From the NCBI GenBank assembly GCA_043801595.1, contig JAZDLW010000007.1, forward strand, positions 1-24,661: a DNA stretch of 24,661 bases, read 5' to 3'. Within the stretch, counting starts at the first letter, position 1. Every line of letters begins with the position of its first letter. The notes under the pieces are model-generated. The model saw only the letters and a list, made by a program, of their open reading frames with translations, made no database searches and was not told the origin of the DNA. The stretch is from Candidatus Aenigmatarchaeota archaeon (GTDB lineage: Archaea > Aenigmatarchaeota > Aenigmatarchaeia > JACPZZ01). This document shows, piece by piece, positions 16,568 to 24,661 of the stretch. A program made the position numbers and the translations under genes.

Positions 16568-17070
16568 AATACCTCAGTCCCCATTGATTCTTTCAGCCAT
16601 TCGATTGCCTGATCCTTTGTTATTAAATGATTTTTCCCTATTTTCGCAGGCCGTATTCTTCTTTTCGTAACCCTGTATCCCGGCCTTTTCAATGTTACCG
16701 AAACATCGAAACCCATTATCCCTATTGACGGATCGTATTTCATGCCCGGTATGTCTATGTATTCGTGCACGCCTATGGAAAAATTCCCGTGTTTATCGAA
16801 TTGCGAGGCCTTTATCTTGTTTTCCGACGCTTCCAATACCCTTTTCAGGAAATCTTCGGCAATCTTTCCGCGCATTATCGCCTTTACGCCGATCTGCCTG
16901 CCCTTCGGTACGCCGAACGTGTTTCTTTTTCTTGCTTTTGTTATGACGACCTTCTGCGCGCTTGCCTTTTCCAGCAACTTCTTTGATTTTTCAAGCTTCT
17001 CGCCCGGGCCTCCTGCGCCCATGTTAAGCGTTATCTTCGCGATTGATATTCTAAGCATAGGATTTGTCAT
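16564..17070 (-). CDS. rpl5: 50S ribosomal protein uL5
   Basis: [48 protein letters not shown] lies before the ATG at 17070. Confidence 0.96.
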   Translation of the reverse strand: MTNPMLRISIAKITLNMGAGGPGEKLEKSKKLLEKASAQKVVITKARKRNTFGVPKGRQIGVKAIMRGKIAEDFLKRVLEASENKIKASQFDKHGNFSIGVHEYIDIPGMKYDPSIGIMGFDVSVTLKRPGYRVTKRRIRPAKIGKNHLITKDQAIEWLKESMGTEVL

Positions 17071-17071
17071 T

Positions 17072-17767
17072 TCATTCACCGAAATCTATCAAAGATTTTT
17101 CTTTTCCTATAGGGAAAACGAACTTGATTTGTGTCTCGTACACGCCTTCGCTTGTTTCAACAATAAGCTCGTTCGCTCTTGAACCGCTTATCGCTTCGAT
17201 CTCTTTCAACTTGGCGATCTTACCTATGTTCTTTCCTCCGGTTACCAGTATCGTTACACCCGGCTCAAGTTTTACGTGCGATACGATTTCTTTTGATGGA
17301 AGCTTTACAACAACTGTATCATTGGGCTTGTAATCCGTCTTGTTCGTTATCAGCGTTGTGCCGTCATGGAAGCTGAGCTGTATTTTTCCGCCTCTTATGA
17401 TTTTTTTGCCCCTGATTTTTAGGAACTTCTTGTCATAATCCTTTGTCATTTCCTTGAGTGTCAATCCTTTTTTCGTAAGCATCATCCTGTAATATTTTTG
17501 CATATCCGGGATGTGCAACACGTCCATCAATCCGACAGGAAAGCCCGTATCTTTTCTTATCACGCCGTCTACCTGAACCTTGCCGGCATTGAGTATTTTT
17601 CTCACTTCAGATGCAGTTTCGGCTACATGCAGAATATCACGAAGTATTATTTGCAAAGGTATTGACGAAAATGCCGGGTGCGGTCCGGCGCTCGGACTGA
17701 CCGTTAACGCTCTGGTTTTGGTTTCGATCTTCCAGAACTTTGGAACAACTTCTCTTTTCGTTTTCAT
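17072..17767 (-). CDS. rps4e: 30S ribosomal protein eS4
   Basis: PSAGPH, LRDIL, VDGVIRKD..FPVGLMDV, QLSFHDG, TGGKNIG. Confidence 0.95.
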   Translation of the reverse strand: MKTKREVVPKFWKIETKTRALTVSPSAGPHPAFSSIPLQIILRDILHVAETASEVRKILNAGKVQVDGVIRKDTGFPVGLMDVLHIPDMQKYYRMMLTKKGLTLKEMTKDYDKKFLKIRGKKIIRGGKIQLSFHDGTTLITNKTDYKPNDTVVVKLPSKEIVSHVKLEPGVTILVTGGKNIGKIAKLKEIEAISGSRANELIVETSEGVYETQIKFVFPIGKEKSLIDFGE

Positions 17768-18162
17768 TTCGCAACACCAGTCTTATCTTTCGCAACGTTT
17801 TCAACTGCGCTTTTAGTTTCCATTATACTCTGTCTCTTTTTGTCTGTTGTGACAAGCTTTATTATCCTGAGTTTTGGCGTCACGAGCGCGACCTGCGCCT
17901 GTGTGCCGTTTCTTTTTTTCACAACAGCAGTATCAACATAGACTCTCATTTTTTTAAGGTCGACCGAAGTTACGATCCCGCTCGTGCCTTTGAATTTTCC
18001 CTTGATTATCTGGACCTGGTCGCCGCTTCTCACTCCCATTGATCTGCGCTTTAACTGCTTTCTAAGTTCCTTGCTTAGCGCGACCTTCATGAATTTTTTC
18101 CTTATGTGCAGCGGTGCGTATAATCGCATTTTCCTCTGCAATCCCGCATTCTTGGTTTTCAT
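17764..18162 (-). CDS. rpl24: 50S ribosomal protein uL24
   Basis: QRK..LYAPLH.R.K, LSKELRK, KOW motif GDQVQIIKGKFKG. Confidence 0.95.
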   Translation of the reverse strand: MKTKNAGLQRKMRLYAPLHIRKKFMKVALSKELRKQLKRRSMGVRSGDQVQIIKGKFKGTSGIVTSVDLKKMRVYVDTAVVKKRNGTQAQVALVTPKLRIIKLVTTDKKRQSIMETKSAVENVAKDKTGVAK

Positions 18163-18163
18163 T

Positions 18164-18562
18164 TTATACCACCTGTGACGCTATCTTTCCAATAGCCGAA
18201 AATCTTTCAACGGCCTCCCTTGCTACAGGGCCCTTTATTTCCGTTCCCGTAGGTTCGCCCCTGTCGTTGACAAGGACAGCGGCATTGTCTTCAAATCTTA
18301 TTCTCATGCCGTTTGCGCGCCTATATTCTTTTTTTTGCCTGATTATTACCGCAAGCACGACTTCGTGCCTTTTTTTAACATCGCCCTTTACCACTGAACA
18401 TACTACAAGATCGCCCATCGCAGCCGCGGGCTTCTTTCGCTTCGTGCCTTTGTAGGTTTTTACCGCGATCAGGTTCAGCGTTTTCGCGCCCGAGTTGTCC
18501 GCGCAGTTTATTACAGAGTCTACGTTTATTCCCCTTGTCGCTGAAGATGATATCGCTTTCAT
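18164..18562 (-). CDS. rpl14: 50S ribosomal protein uL14
   Basis: CADNSGAK, IRFEDNAAVLV, IKGPVAREA. ATG at 18562 follows GAGTGAT. Confidence 0.96.
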   Translation of the reverse strand: MKAISSSATRGINVDSVINCADNSGAKTLNLIAVKTYKGTKRKKPAAAMGDLVVCSVVKGDVKKRHEVVLAVIIRQKKEYRRANGMRIRFEDNAAVLVNDRGEPTGTEIKGPVAREAVERFSAIGKIASQVV

Positions 18563-18566
18563 AAGA

Positions 18567-18908
18567 TCACTCTTTTCCGGACAATTTTTCGACAAGCGTA
18601 AACGACTTCGTCTTGCTCAACGGCCTGCATTCCGCGATCTTGACAGTGTCCCCGATTTTTGCTGCTATGCATTCTGGATTGTACGCTGTTACTGTGGTGT
18701 TTCTGCGCTCGTATCTCTGGTATTTCGATATATATTGGTTGTAACCCCACTTCACGACCGCCGTTTTCGAAGCGCGGCTTGATATGACTTTTCCCACGAA
18801 AACGCGCCCTCTTACAGGCAAAGAGCCGTGCCAGCAGCACTTCGTGTCTTTGCAACTTTTCGCTGGCGGGTTTGCTTCAATCCCGATGTTTTTTTTAGTT
18901 TTCATCAT
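18567..18908 (-). CDS. rps17: 30S ribosomal protein uS17
   Basis: C.D..C.WHG.L.VRG, KYQRYERR, IAECRPLSKTKSF. Confidence 0.96.
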   Translation of the reverse strand: MMKTKKNIGIEANPPAKSCKDTKCCWHGSLPVRGRVFVGKVISSRASKTAVVKWGYNQYISKYQRYERRNTTVTAYNPECIAAKIGDTVKIAECRPLSKTKSFTLVEKLSGKE

Positions 18909-18909
18909 A

Positions 18910-19212
18910 TCACCATTTTTCGATTTTCTTTTTTATCCTGTCCTGCGGACGCCCCACGAGCGTCGCACCGTCAACCTTCACGATCCCGTCCGGGATCGTG
19001 AAGTTAAACCTGTATTTTTCCTTTATCACGGTTTTTTTGCCTTTTGGTGTTGTTAGCGTAAACGTATTTCTCGTTTCATCGAGCACAATGCCGTTGATCG
19101 CAGTCCCAGTGCTTTTCGGACAGGCCGTGCATTGTAAACCGATGATTTCATGCCTTATTATATTTGAAGGCTTTATCATGTCGTCACGTTCTCTTTGCTT
19201 AAGCTCCTCCAT
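18910..19212 (-). CDS. rnp1: RNase P protein subunit Rpp29 (component 1)
   Basis: NIIRHEIIGL, GIVLDETRNT, VDGATLVGRPQDRIK, in the canonical operon position. An alternative start is 19179. Confidence 0.93.
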   Translation of the reverse strand: MEELKQRERDDMIKPSNIIRHEIIGLQCTACPKSTGTAINGIVLDETRNTFTLTTPKGKKTVIKEKYRFNFTIPDGIVKVDGATLVGRPQDRIKKKIEKW

Positions 19213-19215
19213 TTC

Positions 19216-19295
19216 TTTGATTAAACTTTCTCAAAGGAAACGATACGTTTCCTTTGCACGGAAAGCCTTGCTTTCCGTTGTATGAAGAAAGTTTA
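19216..19295. repeat. Nested element: B-type double hairpin inside the loop of an A-type hairpin
   Basis: tttgat-taaactttct[caaaggaaacg-ata-cgtttcctttg cacggaaagc-ctt-gctttccgttg]tatga-agaaagttta fills the SUI1-rnp1 spacer. Confidence 0.85.
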
Positions 19296-19595
19296 TTTCA
19301 GTTGGATCTGGCTTTCCTTGAAACCGTATTTTACCAGTATCGGTTTCAATTTCGCCTTGTGGTCCCCCTGCAACTCTATTCTGCCTTTTTTGTATGTGCC
19401 GCCGCAAGCGAGCTTTGACTTCAGCGTTTTTACGAGGTCTTTTGCGTTTTTTTCATCAACGCCTTCGACGATCGTTACGTTTTTGCCGTAACTCCTCTTG
19501 TCGAGGTATATGATTATTTGCTGGTCCTTTATACCCATTGCCGTGCATATGCAAAGCTCTCGCGGTAAACCGCAGTTAGGACATGTGTCTGCCAT
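19293..19595 (-). CDS. sui1: Translation initiation factor aIF1 (SUI1 homolog)
   Basis: CPNCGLPRELCIC, LKSKLACGGT, IELQGDH. Confidence 0.95.
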   Translation of the reverse strand: MADTCPNCGLPRELCICTAMGIKDQQIIIYLDKRSYGKNVTIVEGVDEKNAKDLVKTLKSKLACGGTYKKGRIELQGDHKAKLKPILVKYGFKESQIQLK

Positions 19596-19858
19596 TATTG
19601 CTCTTTTCCTCCCCTCTTTTTAACCGATTTTTTTGCCGGAACTTTTTCAATTTTTCCGGCTTTCTTATCCTCGTTATTTATTGTGAATATGCGTGCAATC
19701 GCTTTTCGGAATTCCTTGACCTTGCCCGTTTCCTTTATCGCCGCGCCGACTGCCGAACTTCCTTTCAGTTTTGCAAGTTCAAGCCTGAATTCATTGATTC
19801 TTTTCAGCCTGTCCTCGTACTTCATAGTCCTGATATCTTTTGTTCTTAGTATCGCCAT
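19595..19858 (-). CDS. rpl29: 50S ribosomal protein uL29 (Lys-rich C-terminal tail)
   Basis: MAILRTKDIR, GKVKEFRKAIARIFT, operon position. Confidence 0.93.
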   Translation of the reverse strand: MAILRTKDIRTMKYEDRLKRINEFRLELAKLKGSSAVGAAIKETGKVKEFRKAIARIFTINNEDKKAGKIEKVPAKKSVKKRGGKEQ

Positions 19859-19863
19859 TCAAA

Positions 19864-20508
19864 TCACTTTGCAGCCATTTCTGCATTTTCCCTGTTTTTC
19901 TCTTTTTCTTCCATTTTCCTCTTTTTCAACGCTTTCATTTCCTGTTCAATGTTAACAGCCATTATCTGCACCTGTACGCCGACTTTTCCCGGTTTAAGAA
20001 GCGCCTCGGCCTTTCCTCTTGAAACAAGCGTGTTCGCCGTTTCGCCCGAATGCTGCAGGTAACCCTGCATGAATTTTTCTGTTCTTGATTTGTCACCGCC
20101 CATTTTGCCGGCTATGCGTATCTGTATGCCAACCGCACCCGCATTCATTACCCTGTTGATCGTCATGTTGGCAACCCGCTTGTGATTCAACCCGCGTTCA
20201 AGCGAAGATGCAATCTGTCTTGAAATTATCCGTGCGTCAAGGTCTGGATCTTGTACCTCTTTTACGTCAAGTTGGGGATTGTCTATCTTGAATTCGTTTC
20301 TTAGGTGTTCGGTTATGCTCTTGATCTTTTCTCCTCCGCGGCCTATTACGATTCCGGGCCTGTTGGCGAATATGATTATTCTTGTTCCGAGCGGCGTTTT
20401 GCTTACTTCGATATGGGAGTAATCAGCCCGCTGGAACTGGCTCTTCAGGAATTCTTCTATAAGGACTGATCTTATTCCCTCGTTTATGAATTTTCTTTCT
20501 TTTGCCAT
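19864..20508 (-). CDS. rps3: 30S ribosomal protein uS3
   Basis: KTPLGTRIII...RPGIVIGRGG (KH domain), LERG, AGAVGIQIRIAGK. Confidence 0.96.
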   Translation of the reverse strand: MAKERKFINEGIRSVLIEEFLKSQFQRADYSHIEVSKTPLGTRIIIFANRPGIVIGRGGEKIKSITEHLRNEFKIDNPQLDVKEVQDPDLDARIISRQIASSLERGLNHKRVANMTINRVMNAGAVGIQIRIAGKMGGDKSRTEKFMQGYLQHSGETANTLVSRGKAEALLKPGKVGVQVQIMAVNIEQEMKALKKRKMEEKEKNRENAEMAAK

Positions 20509-20510
20509 GT

Positions 20511-20903
20511 TCAAGCCTTCCTTAATATTACCTGTACGTTCGTCATCTTTCCCTGCTGGCCGCTGAGTTTCCTTCTGGTTCTTGGCCTGTGGAACGTGAA
20601 TCCCTTTGTAGCCGAAACTTTTATTATTAATTTATTTGTGTCCAATTCTTTTGCTTTTGCATTCGCCTCGGCGCTTTCAAGCAAGGACAATATTTCCTGC
20701 GTCGCATTGTTGTAAAATTTTCCATCCAACGACGCTTTTCCTTCCAGCACGTTGCGCATCATCGCCTTCGCCTTCTGCAGATTCATGCCGTTTATTGCCG
20801 TGCATATTGCTATGGCGTTTCTTGTCGATATTCTGAGCGCTCTTCCAAACGCCTTTGAAGACGTTTTAGGATTGACTTGCATCGAATATCCAGCTTTTGC
20901 CAT
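20511..20903 (-). CDS. rpl22: 50S ribosomal protein uL22 (short form)
   Basis: AFGRALRIS, LLESAEANA..K.LD, position between S19 and S3. Confidence 0.92.
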   Translation of the reverse strand: MAKAGYSMQVNPKTSSKAFGRALRISTRNAIAICTAINGMNLQKAKAMMRNVLEGKASLDGKFYNNATQEILSLLESAEANAKAKELDTNKLIIKVSATKGFTFHRPRTRRKLSGQQGKMTNVQVILRKA

Positions 20904-20908
20904 AACAA

Positions 20909-21292
20909 TCACTTCAACGGTATGTACTTGCTTGACTTTGTAGCGCCTATTCCCGGAGCGGAATGCTTAACCTCTCTCGTTCCGTGTGAAAACTCTCCCA
21001 GCCTGTGTCCGATCATCTCGTCCGTAAGCGTTATTGCAAAGAATTCCTTGCCGTTGTAAACTCCCACTTTTTTTCCGATCATTTCCGGAAGTATTACCAT
21101 GCTCCTGCAGTGTGTTTTGTGAAATTTATTGGGTTCCCGTCTCATGTTCACGAGGAATATTTTTTGTTGCACTGTCAATCCGCGCTTTAATGCGCGTCTT
21201 GCGCGCGACTTCAACAGCTTGGAAAACTCTTCAAGTGTTATACCCTGCAGTTCTTCCAGTGATTTGCCGCGGAAATAAAACTTTTTTGCCAT
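20909..21292 (-). CDS. rps19: 30S ribosomal protein uS19
   Basis: RARRALKRG, KTHCRSMVILPEM, EMIGHRLGEF, HSAPGIGATKSSK. Confidence 0.96.
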   Translation of the reverse strand: MAKKFYFRGKSLEELQGITLEEFSKLLKSRARRALKRGLTVQQKIFLVNMRREPNKFHKTHCRSMVILPEMIGKKVGVYNGKEFFAITLTDEMIGHRLGEFSHGTREVKHSAPGIGATKSSKYIPLK

Positions 21293-21296
21293 TTGC

Positions 21297-22010
21297 TCAC
21301 TTCTTCCTTCCTGTTCTTCTTGCAGCTATATAACCTATCTTCTGTCCCGGAGGCGCGTTTCTTGATACGGTCTTCGGATGGCCCGGTCTCGTCTTTCCTC
21401 CGTAAGGATGGTCGGCCGCATTCATGCAAACACCCTTTGAACGCGGGAAAAGCTTTCCGCGTGTGCGCATAAGATGCCATTTTGTTCCGCCTTTTACGAA
21501 CGGTTTATCTTTTCTTCCACCGCCAGCTGGAACGCCAACCGTTGCACGGCATAATGGCTTGAATTCTTTTATCTCGCCAGACGGCATCTTCACGTATACC
21601 TTGCCGATATCGTGCGCAACTATCATGCCGAACGAGCCGGATGAACGGCAAAATTTCGGTCCGGATCCGGGCCTTGATTCCAATCCGTAAACAAGAGTCC
21701 TTTCCGGTATTTCTGACAGCGTCAATACGTTTCCCGGCAGCGGCGGCGCCGCTATTCCGCATGAAATAACGCTGCCGACGTGTATCCCTTCCGGTGCGAT
21801 TACGAGAATTTCCTCGCCGTCCGCTAATTTCAATTTTGCAAGCGGCGCGTTTCTTCCTGGGTCGTGAAGTAATTCGATAACAGTCGCCTGCGATGTCGCG
21901 TTTGCACCTTCTATCGATGGATATTCGACAACACCCGCCCAATTATGGGATGGGGCTGTGTAAGACAACGAACCTTTTCCGCGCGCCCTTACAATTTGTC
22001 GTTTTCCCAT
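21297..22010 (-). CDS. rpl2: 50S ribosomal protein uL2
   Basis: MGKR...RARGKGS, HDPGRNAPLA, MNAADHPYGG, SRNAPPGQKIG.IAARRTG. Confidence 0.97.
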   Translation of the reverse strand: MGKRQIVRARGKGSLSYTAPSHNWAGVVEYPSIEGANATSQATVIELLHDPGRNAPLAKLKLADGEEILVIAPEGIHVGSVISCGIAAPPLPGNVLTLSEIPERTLVYGLESRPGSGPKFCRSSGSFGMIVAHDIGKVYVKMPSGEIKEFKPLCRATVGVPAGGGRKDKPFVKGGTKWHLMRTRGKLFPRSKGVCMNAADHPYGGKTRPGHPKTVSRNAPPGQKIGYIAARRTGRKK

Positions 22011-22021
22011 TTACAACACCC

Positions 22022-22363
22022 TTATAACATTCCCAGCCTTGTCGCTATTTCCGAGGCCGAATAATCCTTTGACAATTTTACAAACGCCTTTTTCTGGCCT
22101 TTTCTCGTTATCGACGTTTTGACATCCTCGACAACAACATCGAAAGCCTTTTCCATTGCACATTTTATGTCGTTCTTGTTAGCGTCAAGGTTAACTATGA
22201 ATACAAGCTTGTTTTCCTTTTCTATCAGCCTTATCGATTTCTCAGTCATTAACGGATGTGATAAAACTTTCCATTCGTCTTTTGTGAGCGTTCTCTTTAC
22301 GGGTTTCTCCTTGCTTGCCGGTTTCTGCGCGACTTTTTTGGTTTTTGTTTGTTCTTCCGCCAT
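22022..22363 (-). CDS. rpl23: 50S ribosomal protein uL23 (N-terminal Lys-rich extension)
   Basis: PLMTEKS..LIE.ENKLVFIV, GQKKAFVKL, A.EIATRLG. Confidence 0.95.
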   Translation of the reverse strand: MAEEQTKTKKVAQKPASKEKPVKRTLTKDEWKVLSHPLMTEKSIRLIEKENKLVFIVNLDANKNDIKCAMEKAFDVVVEDVKTSITRKGQKKAFVKLSKDYSASEIATRLGML

Positions 22364-22364
22364 G

Positions 22365-23159
22365 TTACTTTGCCTCCGCTAATTTCTTTATCGCGGATTC
22401 CGTCCATACTGTTAAACGGCCTTGCGTCCCGCCTGGCGCTAAAAGTTTCGCATTGATGTTCACGATATCCGTAACATCAACGCCTTCGATGTTTGCCGCG
22501 GCTTTCGCTATTCCCTCGTTTTTGCCTACGACTATGAGCGGCCCTGTTTTCATTTTGTATTTCCTGCCCCTGCCCTTTCCTTTTCCAGCTCTTATGGTTT
22601 TTTCCGCTATTCTTTTTAATTCATCTTTCAAGCCCAGTGCAATGAAAAACTTTTCAACATCGCTCGTCTTGGAAATTTTTTGCAACCCGTCATCAACTAT
22701 GATCGGAAGTTCGATTACGGAAAGTTTGTGCCCTCTTTTCGACACGGCGTCCTTGTTCGCCGTCGCCGCTATTGCAGACTGGATTGCCAGTTTCCTTTCC
22801 TTGTCATTGATTTTTTCCAGAAAAACTTTTCTTTCCAGCGGCGGGTGCGCTAATCGCCCTTTAACAGCGTGCGGCGCAAATCTTAATCTCATGTTAAGGT
22901 AGCCTTGTCCCGTTATTCTGGGCCCCCTTGCCATTTCTTTGTTCGCCATGGAATTGAACACGCTTCTCCTGCCGTGGTAATGCGCGGATGTGCGCTTGCC
23001 GGCCATGGGATCGCGTGAATGTTTCCGTCTTGATTTTGACACCAATGAAAGAAATGCCCTAAGCACCAGATCCTTGCGCGCCTCTGTCAGAAATACCTTT
23101 GGAAGTTCGATCTGATTTTTTACCTTTCCGTTCATGTCGTAAACATTTGCTTTTGTCAT
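22365..23159 (-). CDS. rpl4: 50S ribosomal protein uL4
   Basis: DPMAGKRTSA, GRLAHPP, RAGKGKGRGRKY, LLAPGG..GRLTVWTESA. Confidence 0.96.
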   Translation of the reverse strand: MTKANVYDMNGKVKNQIELPKVFLTEARKDLVLRAFLSLVSKSRRKHSRDPMAGKRTSAHYHGRRSVFNSMANKEMARGPRITGQGYLNMRLRFAPHAVKGRLAHPPLERKVFLEKINDKERKLAIQSAIAATANKDAVSKRGHKLSVIELPIIVDDGLQKISKTSDVEKFFIALGLKDELKRIAEKTIRAGKGKGRGRKYKMKTGPLIVVGKNEGIAKAAANIEGVDVTDIVNINAKLLAPGGTQGRLTVWTESAIKKLAEAK

Positions 23160-23161
23160 GA

Positions 23162-24157
23162 TTATGCACCCTGCTTGCTTTCTGTCGAAATCGATTTTAT
23201 TTCCGGTAGCGGCGGCATCAACGAAGGCGGTCTGATTGATAATCTCATTCGTATGAGTCTTTTTCTCGGACCTGCAACAGATCCCTGCAAAATAACGTAG
23301 TCACCCGGTATTGTTCCGTAGCCTACGAATCCGCCAGACGGCGTTATCGCGCTGTTTTTGTCGCCTATTAAAATGACTCTTTTATTGAATTCTGTTCTCT
23401 TATGGAATCCAAGTTGTCCTGGCAATGGTACGGTCCATCGCAGTTTTCCCGGTCTCTTCTGGCCCATTGAACCTATACCGCGCCTGTTCTTTCCTTCTTT
23501 GTGGCTCAGCATCTTGACACCGTGTCTCTTGATTGTACCCGCAAAACCTTTTCCTGTCGTTACTGCAACAACATCGATCCAGTCGCCGTTCTTAAGTGTA
23601 TCCTTGACCGAGATCTCTTTTCCAAGAACCCGCTTTGCGTATTCAAGTTTCATTTTTATGTCGTTTCCGCCTATGGCAGTTTCGAATACTTCTGGTTTTT
23701 TCTTGCCAATGCCCGCCTTTCTCGGTACCGTATGAACAATGAGCCTGACATCGTCGATATTTTCGACGGATTCGAATGCTTTAAGGTTTTTTTCGAAATC
23801 GTATTCTTTTGGAAGTTTCATTTTTCTGGAAAGGTCTTTTTGCAAATTTTTGAATAATACGTCCTTTGTGGATCTCAAACCGGTCGGGCTACGCGAGTAA
23901 ACGCGTAATCCGAAAACAAAAATAGGCGGGCAATCAATGATGGTTACCGGTATTTGCGTAATCTGGCCGGTTGTTGGCGTGTTGGCGCGTTTATCCACGG
24001 CCATAATGTGCGTCATTCCCGCCTTATAGCCTGCGAAACCCAACGGTTTCACGTCCTTTGAAACAGGCCACGTTCGTACGACTGGATAAATCCTTTTAGC
24101 CCTTTTCCTCGGCTTGAATGCTAAACTTCCTTTTCTTGGTGATTTTACTACAGGCAT
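23162..24157 (-). CDS. rpl3: 50S ribosomal protein uL3
   Basis: PRKGSLAFKPRKRA, GFAGYKAGMTH, TTGKGFAG, GQLGFHKRTEFNKR, GSVAGPRKRLIR. Confidence 0.97.
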   Translation of the reverse strand: MPVVKSPRKGSLAFKPRKRAKRIYPVVRTWPVSKDVKPLGFAGYKAGMTHIMAVDKRANTPTTGQITQIPVTIIDCPPIFVFGLRVYSRSPTGLRSTKDVLFKNLQKDLSRKMKLPKEYDFEKNLKAFESVENIDDVRLIVHTVPRKAGIGKKKPEVFETAIGGNDIKMKLEYAKRVLGKEISVKDTLKNGDWIDVVAVTTGKGFAGTIKRHGVKMLSHKEGKNRRGIGSMGQKRPGKLRWTVPLPGQLGFHKRTEFNKRVILIGDKNSAITPSGGFVGYGTIPGDYVILQGSVAGPRKRLIRMRLSIRPPSLMPPLPEIKSISTESKQGA

Positions 24158-24218
24158 ACGCCTACCCCACTCTATTCAAAAACTGTACAAGAAGCTCCCA
24201 GCTTCTTTTTTCCGTCCC

Positions 24219-24336
24219 TTTAGCCAAACTTCCTATAAGTTTGTAAAAGGTCGTACAGAAACCACGCCAGCGCATGATTTTTGGTTTGAGGGCCTATCAA
24301 TCGCACGGAAACCAAAACCGTACGGTTTTATCGCCC
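24219..24336. repeat. Cluster of degenerate A-type and B-type repeat fragments and palindromes upstream of rpl3
   Basis: tttagc-caaactt-cctat-aagtttg (A-like), aaaaggtcg (right arm of the cgacctttt variant), gcacggaaacc (B-like, 24303..24313) and the perfect palindrome aaaaccgtacggtttt (24314..24329). Confidence 0.6.
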
Positions 24337-24402
24337 TTTAAATAAACTCGAACTCTTTTTCGAGCGTAATTGGATTTGTTCCAAATTATAATATTGGGTA
24401 GC

Positions 24403-24420
24403 CTTTATAAGCGTTTCTAT
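24403..24420 (-). promoter_or_regulatory. Putative BRE-TATA promoter of the ribosomal protein operon
   Basis: Minus strand reads ATAGAAACGC-TTATAAAG, just downstream of the preceding gene's stop. Confidence 0.55.
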
Positions 24421-24450
24421 TGTTCAAACTACCCGCCAGCACCACAATTG

Positions 24451-24661
24451 TCATGCAAAGGGGTCGTAGTTTTTCACCGTGACCTTTACTCTTCCATCCT
24501 TGTACAGCAAACGCTGCATTCCGCATTCAATAGTATTGCCGAATGAATAATTATCCACGAAATGCGTAACGCGCTCCGCATCGCCTTTCACGTCAAAACC
24601 GCAATCTTGACTATTCGTGACAATGTGTAATTTGATCTTTTTGCCGCCTTTAACCCAGTCT
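24451..24661 (-). CDS. 3' end of a hypothetical protein (...DWVKGGKKIKLHIVTNSQDCGFDVKG...VKNYDPFA*)
   Basis: Manual translation: 69 open codons from the window edge to TGA at 24453..24451. Confidence 0.7.
   Translation of the reverse strand, partial: DWVKGGKKIKLHIVTNSQDCGFDVKGDAERVTHFVDNYSFGNTIECGMQRLLYKDGRVKVTVKNYDPFA

Noticed and set aside
14399..23857. Many antisense and alternate-frame ORFs over the ribosomal operon
   Set aside because: They overlap unambiguous ribosomal protein genes and show no motifs.
14002..24157. Stop-codon reassignment
   Set aside because: TAA, TAG and TGA all terminate conserved ribosomal proteins at the expected positions.
24114..24341. 75-aa plus-strand ORF upstream of rpl3
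   Set aside because: Antisense to the rpl3 start and leader, made of repeat fragments, with no recognisable protein features.

Overview
Archaeal chromosomal DNA. Gene content, the compact spc/S10 gene order and a loop-shortened uL22 suggest a DPANN-type lineage, possibly Aenigmarchaeota-like; this assignment is inference. The right ~10 kb is the archaeal S10-spc ribosomal protein operon on the minus strand (L3-L4-L23-L2-S19-L22-S3-L29-aIF1/SUI1-Rpp29-S17-L14-L24-S4e-L5-S14-S8-L6-L32e-L19e-L18). It stops after L18, with no S5-L30-L15-secY. The middle holds two small membrane proteins, scpB, a type IV pilin-like/Cys-rich surface protein/NFACT-R run, a divergent homoserine dehydrogenase plus aspartokinase pair and Hel308. 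The left holds a frameshifted alpha-glucan phosphorylase, a PIN-domain protein, a Roadblock-like protein and hypotheticals. The most notable signal is non-coding: two families of short REP-like palindromic repeats, recurring at five or six sites. Type A is a TTTRRY tail plus an AAACTT..AAGTTT hairpin. Type B is a CAAYGGAAA..TTTC(C)RTGCA double hairpin. B is nested in A loops, and an ~96-bp A+A+B composite is read in frame as the C-terminal extension of ribosomal protein eL19. A 21-bp tandem operator-like repeat lies upstream of a small hydrophobic protein gene.
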